A stretch of 64,000 bases of DNA, from the NCBI GenBank assembly GCA_027858235.1, contig JAQIDC010000036.1:10664-74663 (forward strand), read 5' to 3'. Below, in pieces: positions 9,755 to 16,382 of the stretch. Each line of letters opens with the position of its first letter. Positions within the stretch are counted from its first letter, which is position 1. Below the pieces are notes generated by a model. That model saw only the letters and a program-made list of their open reading frames with translations. It did not search any database and was not told the origin of the DNA. A program made the translations under genes and the position numbers. This DNA comes from Patescibacteria group bacterium (lineage in GTDB: Bacteria; Patescibacteriota; Patescibacteriia; Patescibacteriales; BM507).

Positions 9755-9789
9755 TGTTATGTGTTACATGTTTTATGTTATGTGATTTC
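9755..9789. repeat. Tandem heptamer array, 5 units (35 nt)
   Basis: TGTTATG TGTTACA TGTTTTA TGTTATG TGATTTC. It abuts the stop codon at 9790-9792 and lies 30 nt from the dnaJ ATG. Confidence 0.75.
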
Positions 9790-10101
9790 TTATCCTTTAA
9801 AGCCAATTTCTTTATCGTTTATTTTTGACTCTTCAATTTTACCAAATTTCTCTTCATATTTTGACAAATTATCACTAAGAGCTGCAACCATTCTCTTTAG
9901 ATGCCCAGGACTTGAGATTATTTTTCCTGTTACTTTTCCGCTACCTCCAAATATATTTAGGAACATCATCTGAATCTCGTCTTTAGTGTGATTAACTTGC
10001 ATTGCATTTGCATATTCCGCCCCTGGAATATTATCTGCTATTTTAATGTCCTGCCTTCCGCCAGGCATAGCTTTTTTTTCTTGTTTTTCTTGATTTGTCA
10101 T
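9790..10101 (-). CDS. DUF3467-like protein
   Basis: 103 aa. AEYANAMQVNHTKDEIQMMFLNI...GKIISSPGHLKRMVAALSDNLSKYEEKFG matches my recollection of the DUF3467 consensus (..YSN...I.HS..EF.LDF....RIIL.P.HAKRLL.AL..NI..YE). Confidence 0.6.
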   Translation of the reverse strand: MTNQEKQEKKAMPGGRQDIKIADNIPGAEYANAMQVNHTKDEIQMMFLNIFGGSGKVTGKIISSPGHLKRMVAALSDNLSKYEEKFGKIEESKINDKEIGFKG

Positions 10102-10271
10102 AATGTATATAAATTAATAATTAATAAGTTGGGCGAAAGTTCTTCGCCAGGAAAAGTTTTAGTTATGTTCTGGTTCAATACCATTCACGAAATTAGTTGA
10201 TTCAATAATGGTTTTTTTCTTCTCATCAGCAGAATAAGAAAATTTTAATATTTTACCAGCCTCACAAATAA

Positions 10272-10493
10272 CTATTCAATTAACAATCGCTTTTTAACCT
10301 TGATTTTATAAATATCAAATTCGCTCTCATATTCCTCTTGATTATTAATATTAATAAATAATCTACCACCAATTCGACATTCAATAATTTTAACTTCAGT
10401 ATTATACAGGACGATACCATCTTCAAGCATTAATTTTTTCGTTCTCGGATAAATAGCGATTTTTTCATAATTAGGAAATGTAAGCAAAATCAC
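10272..10493 (-). CDS. Hypothetical 73-aa protein (GTG start, no SD)
   Basis: ORF-track only. It has a poor start context. An upstream SD-preceded mini-ORF lies in another frame (see findings). Confidence 0.3.
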   Translation of the reverse strand: MILLTFPNYEKIAIYPRTKKLMLEDGIVLYNTEVKIIECRIGGRLFININNQEEYESEFDIYKIKVKKRLLIE

Positions 10494-10584
10494 TGAACAA
10501 TCGTTAATTTTCTGATAATATTCCTATTCTTCCTCTAAGGGTCGCCATTTTTCCTCCTTTTTTTTGTTTAAATAAATCCTCATT

Positions 10585-10610
10585 AGTTTGCTCCTCGAAA
10601 GGAGCAAACT
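10585..10610 (-). terminator. Strong hairpin 3' of dnaK (no clear U-tract)
   Basis: 10-bp stem AGTTTGCTCC/GGAGCAAACT with a 6-nt loop, 36 nt after the dnaK stop. Confidence 0.4.
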
Positions 10611-10645
10611 ATCAAGATATATTTATTTGGCAAAGGCCACCTTCT

Positions 10646-12589
10646 TTACTTTGTCTTATCTTGTTTTTCCTGTTCGTCTTCTTCTTCGGTTTTTTTAGAT
10701 TCACCTTCTTCAAATTCTCCTTCCACTGGTCCTTCCTTCTCATTCTTTTCTTCCTCACCTTCCTTCGGTGCTTCAGTCCCAGCTTGATCAGGTTGTTGAT
10801 ACATAGCAGCTCCTATTTTTTGAGCAATTGTATTTAATTCTTCCATTTTAGCTTTAATAGCCTCTACATCATCTGAGTCTTTTACTTTCTTTAAAGCTTC
10901 TAATTTCTCTTCAAGTTCTTTTTTGTCTTCTTCTTTCATTTTATCAGCTGACTCCTGAATAAGCTTTTCGGTTTGGAAAACAACAGCATCGGCATGATTT
11001 TTAGTTTCAATCGTTTCTTTCTTTTTCTTGTCTTCATCGGCATGTAATTCTGCTTCCTTTTTCATCTTTTCTACTTCCTCTTCTGAGAGACCTGATGAAG
11101 CAGTGATAGTAATTTTCTGTTCTTTATTTGTAGCCTTATCGGTTGCTGAAACATTTAGTATACCATTTGCATCAATGTCAAATTTCACCTCCACTTGAGG
11201 AACTCCTCTTGGAGATGGCGGAAGACCATCAAGCATAAACCTACCAAGACTTTTATTGTCTGTAGCCATAGGACGTTCTCCTTGAACAACATTAATCTCT
11301 ACACTTGCTTGGTTATCTGCAGCAGTTGAGAAGATTTGAGCCTTTGATGATGGAATGGTTGTATTTCTTTCAATTAGCGGAGTGGCAACACCACCAAGAG
11401 TTTCAATGCCAAGAGTTAACGGAGTAACATCCAAAAGTAAAACATCTTTAACATCACCTTGCAAGACACCTGCTTGAACTGCAGCTCCCAGGGCTACAAC
11501 CTCATCAGGGTTTACACCTAAATGAGGTTCTTTCCCAAAATATTCTTTAACTTTAGCTAGCACCATTGGCATTCTTGTCATACCTCCAACCATAATTATT
11601 TCTTCAATATCAGAAGTTTTCATTCCGGCGTCTTTTAGGGCCGCCTTACATGGTTCAAGAGTTTTTTCGACTAAGTCACCAACTAATTCCTCCAACTTAG
11701 ATCTAGACATTTTCAAAACCAAATGCTTAGGTCCTTCGTTGTCGGTTGTAATAAATGGCTGATTGATTTCAGTCTCCATTGTAGTTGATAGTTCAATCTT
11801 CGCTTTCTCAGCAGCTTCTTTTATTCTTTGTAGGGCTAGAGGGTCTTTAGACAAATCGATTCCTTGATCTTTTTTAAATTCATCAATAATCCATTTAATA
11901 ATTCTCTGATCAAAATCTTCACCACCAAGATGAGTGTCACCATTTGTTGATTTAACTTCTACTGTATCTTCAGAAACATCCAAAATGGAGATATCAAAAG
12001 TTCCTCCACCAAGGTCATAAACTGCAATTTGCTGTCCCTTTTTCTTATCAAATCCATAGGCGAGTGCGGCTGCTGTCGGTTCATTAATAATACGCTTTAC
12101 ATCAAGACCGGCAATCTTACCAGCATCTTTTGTAGCCTGCCTTTGTGAATCATTAAAGTAAGCAGGAACCGTAATAACAGCTTCGGTTATTTTTTCACCA
12201 ATTTTTGCTTCAGCATCTGCTTTCATTTTACCCAAAATCATAGCTGATATTTCTTGAGGAGAATGTTCCTTCCCACCCATTAATATCTTTACACCATCAC
12301 CAGATTTAACAATTTTGTATGGTGCTGTTTCTAAATCTTTTTGAACTTCACCATCTTCAAACTTTCTGCCGATTAATCTTTTAATCGCATACAAAGTATT
12401 TTCTGGATTAGTTACTGCTTGTCTTTTAGCTGTTTGACCAACTAGTCTTTCATTATTTTTTGAAATTGCAATGATAGACGGAGTTGTTCTATTTCCTTCT
12501 GCATTTTCTAAGATTTTAGGCTGACCACCTTCAATAATTGCCATAGCACTATTAGTGGTTCCCAAATCGATTCCTAATATTTTTCCCAT
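10646..12589 (-). CDS. dnaK: Molecular chaperone DnaK (Hsp70)
   Basis: 647 aa with [17 protein letters not shown], the substrate-binding domain and an acidic EEE-rich tail. Confidence 0.97.
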   Translation of the reverse strand: MGKILGIDLGTTNSAMAIIEGGQPKILENAEGNRTTPSIIAISKNNERLVGQTAKRQAVTNPENTLYAIKRLIGRKFEDGEVQKDLETAPYKIVKSGDGVKILMGGKEHSPQEISAMILGKMKADAEAKIGEKITEAVITVPAYFNDSQRQATKDAGKIAGLDVKRIINEPTAAALAYGFDKKKGQQIAVYDLGGGTFDISILDVSEDTVEVKSTNGDTHLGGEDFDQRIIKWIIDEFKKDQGIDLSKDPLALQRIKEAAEKAKIELSTTMETEINQPFITTDNEGPKHLVLKMSRSKLEELVGDLVEKTLEPCKAALKDAGMKTSDIEEIIMVGGMTRMPMVLAKVKEYFGKEPHLGVNPDEVVALGAAVQAGVLQGDVKDVLLLDVTPLTLGIETLGGVATPLIERNTTIPSSKAQIFSTAADNQASVEINVVQGERPMATDNKSLGRFMLDGLPPSPRGVPQVEVKFDIDANGILNVSATDKATNKEQKITITASSGLSEEEVEKMKKEAELHADEDKKKKETIETKNHADAVVFQTEKLIQESADKMKEEDKKELEEKLEALKKVKDSDDVEAIKAKMEELNTIAQKIGAAMYQQPDQAGTEAPKEGEEEKNEKEGPVEGEFEEGESKKTEEEDEQEKQDKTK

Positions 12590-12640
12590 ATTTTTATTTT
12601 ATATCGTTAAACGATATTTTTTAATTATTTTAATTATTAA

Positions 12641-13546
12641 CTATTTTAATTCTATGCTTTCTAAAAATGCTTTAAAATCATCGGGAGATAATTGCCCAAA
12701 ATCAGAATTGATCATCGCCATACCAGAAAAGCCTTCTTTGTTTGTGTTCAATACAGCACCTAAGTTCTGACCAATCCCAACTGCAAGCTGTTCTTCTTCA
12801 AGAATAAATGACTTGCTATCAACGAGTAAAGCCTCTCCTCCAGAAAATGGGATCACCTCTATCGGATTTAATTTATATTCCACTTCTTCACCTTGGACTG
12901 AAACATAATACATATATTCGTCCTTATCTTTCTCAATCTTTATAAAATTGTCGAAATTCGCTTCGGTACTAGTAGAGACTTCTAGCCCCTTATATCCCGC
13001 ACTAACTCCAGCTATATGAAAATTATCATTCTTTGAAAACTTAATAGAAAATTTTTCTCCTGATTCACCTGCTGATTTTTCATAATTTACACTCTCGAAA
13101 AGAGCCGGATAGGAAAAACTTATTCCTAATTCTTCGTTGCTATAATTTTTAACAGCCCCCTTTACAGAATCAACTGTAGTTTTTAGTTCATCATTTTCTG
13201 TTTTCAAATTATCATTTTCACTCGCTACTTTTCTCTTTTCATTTTCAAGATTTTTCAAACTTCTTTCATATCCTTCTCTGACATTTTTTGCATCTAGTTG
13301 AACTTTTGACAAACTGTCATCCTTGGCCTTGTCTTGCCAGGCATAAATTGCCCCTCCTACTATCAAGGCAGTCACTGCGATAGATAGCAGATTGGTCAAA
13401 ACACTGTTTCCCTTTAACATATTTTCTTTTTTAGATTTATTAATATTATTACTCTTTTTAATAATTTTTTTTGCCTGGTCCAAGTTACTCCTCCTAACAG
13501 AAGTATCCATCTTGCTTTTCTTTGGATTTGCTCTTACTCCATCCAT
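12641..13546 (-). CDS. Hypothetical membrane-anchored coiled-coil protein
   Basis: 301 aa: basic N-terminus, one TM (LLSIAVTALIVGGAIYAW), a coiled coil, then an external domain of about 160 aa. It sits between hsp20 and dnaK. Confidence 0.6.
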   Translation of the reverse strand: MDGVRANPKKSKMDTSVRRSNLDQAKKIIKKSNNINKSKKENMLKGNSVLTNLLSIAVTALIVGGAIYAWQDKAKDDSLSKVQLDAKNVREGYERSLKNLENEKRKVASENDNLKTENDELKTTVDSVKGAVKNYSNEELGISFSYPALFESVNYEKSAGESGEKFSIKFSKNDNFHIAGVSAGYKGLEVSTSTEANFDNFIKIEKDKDEYMYYVSVQGEEVEYKLNPIEVIPFSGGEALLVDSKSFILEEEQLAVGIGQNLGAVLNTNKEGFSGMAMINSDFGQLSPDDFKAFLESIELK

Positions 13547-13548
13547 GC

Positions 13549-13974
13549 TTATTTTTTATTCTTAGTTTTTATTTTAATAGTTTTTGATTTTACTTCTGTC
13601 GTTTTTGGAATAGTTATTTTCAATACTCCATCCGTAGCTTCCGCATCCGTAGCATCTCCATTGACATGGGATGGCAATTGGATGGTTCTATAAAAATTTC
13701 CTCTTTTTATTTCTTTTTTATAATAATTTTTATCATCTACTTCACTTGTCTTTTCACTTTGGCCTCTAACTATTAAAACATCATTCTCAATTGAAATTTC
13801 GACATCCTCTGGATCAATCCCCGCCAATTGAACTTCAACAACTACGTTTTTCTCGTCTTGGTACATGTCGACAGCTGGAACAAAGCCTGATTTCTCCCCT
13901 CTCAGGGCAGGAAACAATTCTTCAAAATCTTCAAAGCCATCAAAGAACGGTGACCATTTTACTAATCTTGTCAT
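13549..13974 (-). CDS. Hsp20/alpha-crystallin small heat-shock protein
   Basis: 141 aa with the alpha-crystallin core (PAVDMYQDEKNVVVEVQLAGIDPEDVEISIENDVLIVRG ... DGVLKITIPK). Confidence 0.9.
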   Translation of the reverse strand: MTRLVKWSPFFDGFEDFEELFPALRGEKSGFVPAVDMYQDEKNVVVEVQLAGIDPEDVEISIENDVLIVRGQSEKTSEVDDKNYYKKEIKRGNFYRTIQLPSHVNGDATDAEATDGVLKITIPKTTEVKSKTIKIKTKNKK

Positions 13975-13982
13975 ATTTTTAC

Positions 13983-14011
13983 ATTGCTAAATTGCTCTAT
14001 TGCTAAATTGC
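13983..14011. repeat. Direct repeat ATTGCTAAATTGC x2 (16-nt period) upstream of hsp20
   Basis: Copies at 13983-13995 and 13999-14011, 8 nt from the hsp20 ATG. The core GCTAAATTGC recurs at 25770-25779. Confidence 0.7.
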
Positions 14012-14020
14012 CTTTTTATA

Positions 14021-14043
14021 ACAATTTAACAATTTAACAATTT
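14021..14043. repeat. Tandem octamer array x3
   Basis: ACAATTTA ACAATTTA ACAATTT. It ends 5 nt from the grpE stop codon (14049). Confidence 0.7.
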
Positions 14044-14048
14044 GACCC

Positions 14049-14909
14049 TTACTTTTTAATATATTCATAAACCACAACTTTTGTGTGATTTATTATTTTA
14101 TCTTTTAATTTATACCCTGGCTTCATAATTTTCGAGACAAAACCATCCTTTTTCTTGTCTTCTGTTTCTTCCTTCTCTAGGGCCTCCATTGTATTGTGAT
14201 CAAATTTCAGTCCTTCTGCTTTTAGCTCTTCGAGACCTATATTTGATAATACATCTTCAAGTTGTTTCGTTACATGGACTACTCCTGCAAACCAAGGGTT
14301 TTCTTGTGCTTTTTCGTCAGCATGTTTAATTGCTAGTTTCAAATTATCAAAAACTGGAATCAAATCATAGACAATTTGCTCATTAGCATATTTCAAAAAT
14401 TCTTGTTTTTCTTGAGCTCCTTGTTTTAGAAGGTTCTGATAATCAGCCAAGGCTCTTTTGTACATATCTTTGTATTCATCCTTTTCACCTAAAAATTTAT
14501 CCAAAGCTTCTTTTGTGTATTTTCCTAAGTCGTCACGAACGAGCCATTCTGAAACTCTCAACCACTTATACTTTGTTCCTTCTTCATTTAATATTATTTT
14601 TTTAGCATTTTTAACAATTGCTCTGTTATTTAGAAAAATTAAATGTTTGTATTTTTTATCTAAATGCTTATCTACATCCAACCCTTCCAAAACCCCCAAT
14701 AACTCAATTTCTTTAATATCAATATTTGTTTCTTCTTTTGTTTCCCTTTTTGTGGCTTGTTCTATTGTCTCCCCAATTTCAACTTTACCGCCTGGGCAAA
14801 TATATTTATTTTTCCATTGAGGTGATTTCATTAGAAATAATTCATCTTTATCGTTAAAGATAAATGATCCAGTAACCACTAAGGGATATTTTTTTTCTTG
14901 TTTCTCCAT
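14049..14909 (-). CDS. grpE: NUDIX hydrolase domain fused to nucleotide-exchange factor GrpE
   Basis: 286 aa. Residues ~1-140 carry a NUDIX box (GGKVEIGETIEQATKRETKEETN). Residues ~145-286 are GrpE-like (YKRALADYQNLLKQ...LIPVFDNLKLAIKH...GLKFDHNTMEAL...KPGYKLKDKIINHTKVVV). Confidence 0.8.
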   Translation of the reverse strand: MEKQEKKYPLVVTGSFIFNDKDELFLMKSPQWKNKYICPGGKVEIGETIEQATKRETKEETNIDIKEIELLGVLEGLDVDKHLDKKYKHLIFLNNRAIVKNAKKIILNEEGTKYKWLRVSEWLVRDDLGKYTKEALDKFLGEKDEYKDMYKRALADYQNLLKQGAQEKQEFLKYANEQIVYDLIPVFDNLKLAIKHADEKAQENPWFAGVVHVTKQLEDVLSNIGLEELKAEGLKFDHNTMEALEKEETEDKKKDGFVSKIMKPGYKLKDKIINHTKVVVYEYIKK

Positions 14910-14911
14910 TT

Positions 14912-15601
14912 TTATTTACTATTTAATTCTTCTTTTATAAAATTTGCAATTGATAGACAATATTGATAATCCATCCTAACTGGTCCCATTATTCCAAAAA
15001 GGCCCATGTTATTTTTATGCTTGTACTTAAACATAACCGTTCCACACATATCACCAAAAGGATTTTCTGAACCAAGTAAAATTACATTCTCATTCAGAGG
15101 CAAGCCTTCAAAGACTTTTTCAATAGTTTCGTCCATATGGTCAATTATCAAAGAAATATCATATATCACATCAGCCTGCCTAAACTCTGGTTGATTGAGA
15201 AGATTTGAAACGCCTGTATAATAAAGACTATTCTTATGGAAGGCCCAGAAAACTGTTTGACCTGACAATTTAGCAATTTCTTTAGCGACTTGTTTAAAAT
15301 CCTTTTCGTCACCATTGCTTAAAATGTCTTTTATCACGGAGAAGTCTTTTTGTGCTAATTTTTTATCAGAAATATTTTCAAGATAAAATCGATAAGCGTC
15401 TTCTGTCGGGATACGTCCAGCAGAGGTGTGAGGCTGTACGATATGACCCTCATTTTCCAAATAAACCATGTCATTTCTGACAGTCGCAGGTGATACTTCT
15501 AGACTATATTTATCAACCAAAACCCCAGAACTAACAGGAATTCCAGTACTTATATATTCTTTAATGATTGTATTTAATATTAACTGTTTTCTTTCATTCA
15601 T
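14912..15601 (-). CDS. hrcA: Heat-inducible transcription repressor HrcA (short form)
   Basis: 229 aa with N-terminal wHTH (RKQLILNTIIKEYISTGIPVSSGVL...SPATVRNDMVYLENEGHIVQPHTSAGRIPT). A CIRCE element lies immediately upstream. Confidence 0.85.
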   Translation of the reverse strand: MNERKQLILNTIIKEYISTGIPVSSGVLVDKYSLEVSPATVRNDMVYLENEGHIVQPHTSAGRIPTEDAYRFYLENISDKKLAQKDFSVIKDILSNGDEKDFKQVAKEIAKLSGQTVFWAFHKNSLYYTGVSNLLNQPEFRQADVIYDISLIIDHMDETIEKVFEGLPLNENVILLGSENPFGDMCGTVMFKYKHKNNMGLFGIMGPVRMDYQYCLSIANFIKEELNSK

Positions 15602-15637
15602 AAACTCACTTTGTTAACTAAAACCATTTTAGCATCC

Positions 15638-15664
15638 TTAGCAGTCTAGTGTCAAGAGTGCTAA
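15638..15664 (-). promoter_or_regulatory. CIRCE operator (HrcA binding site)
   Basis: Minus strand reads TTAGCACTC-N9-GACTGCTAA, against the consensus TTAGCACTC-N9-GAGTGCTAA. It lies 37 nt upstream of the hrcA ATG. Confidence 0.85.
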
Positions 15665-15666
15665 AA

Positions 15667-15700
15667 TAAAAAAAACCCTGCTCACAAATACGAGCAGGGC
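15667..15700 (-). terminator. Rho-independent terminator
   Basis: Stem CCCTGCTC/GAGCAGGG with an 8-nt loop, followed by T8-9 on the minus strand, 6 nt after the 15706 stop. Confidence 0.75.
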
Positions 15701-15705
15701 TAGGT

Positions 15706-15930
15706 CTATTTAATAACTATAACTTCGCCTGTTTCTTGATCTACCCAGATGTTTACTGATACATCTAAATTATCTCCATCGAGTTTATTATCAATTTTTT
15801 TTTCCTTCTTTTTAACCTCTTTTTTCCTGTTCAAAATATCTTTATGCTGAAAGTAGAGTGGGCAGGGTTCAAAATTTCCTGAACCAGAATATTCCTTTCC
15901 GCAAATTGAACATGAAAACTTAGGCATCAT
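15706..15930 (-). CDS. Hypothetical small protein with an N-terminal CxxC
   Basis: 74 aa. A strong SD (AAGGAGGAAT) precedes the ATG. It has its own terminator. Confidence 0.55.
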   Translation of the reverse strand: MMPKFSCSICGKEYSGSGNFEPCPLYFQHKDILNRKKEVKKKEKKIDNKLDGDNLDVSVNIWVDQETGEVIVIK

Positions 15931-16258
15931 ATTCCTCCTTTTTTGTTATAATGAGCCACGTATTATTCGCAAGTAAACATATCTTTAATTTTAAAAATAT
16001 TATCTCATGACCTACATTTAGTCAATAGAGCTTATTCTTTTCTCTTTCATTATTGTGAACATTGAGAAATTTAGAATAGTAAAATTTATTGCGAAATTCG
16101 CCAAAAAATGCTCACTGTTTGAGCGAAGCGAGTTTGAGATTTTTGGAGTGAATCGTCGTAATGAAAATATTCTAAATTTTTTCTGAGAACGATTTTGGTA
16201 CTTTTCTAAAAAGTACAGAGAAAACTTACATAATATCAAATAAATCAGGATAGTACTA

Positions 16259-16318
16259 TTTCTGGATTCTGGATCCCTATACGTTTTAACTACAAGGTAA
16301 ACAAGTCCGGAATGACAA
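16259..16318. repeat. Intergenic palindromic element, copy A
   Basis: Termini TTTCTGGATTCTGG ... CCGGAATGACAA, shared with copy B at 33885-33967. The interior is unrelated and AT-rich. Confidence 0.6.
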
Positions 16319-16344
16319 CGGATATTGAATTATTCAGCAATAAC

Positions 16345-16381
16345 TACGTACGTACGAACGTACGTACGCGCGTACGTACGT
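16345..16381. repeat. (TACG)n tract containing a 24-nt perfect palindrome
   Basis: TACGTACGTACGAACGTACGTACGCGCGTACGTACGT. Within it, 16358-16381 (ACGTACGTACGC|GCGTACGTACGT) is a perfect palindrome. It ends 1 nt from the mrdA stop codon. Confidence 0.85.
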
Positions 16382-16382
16382 C

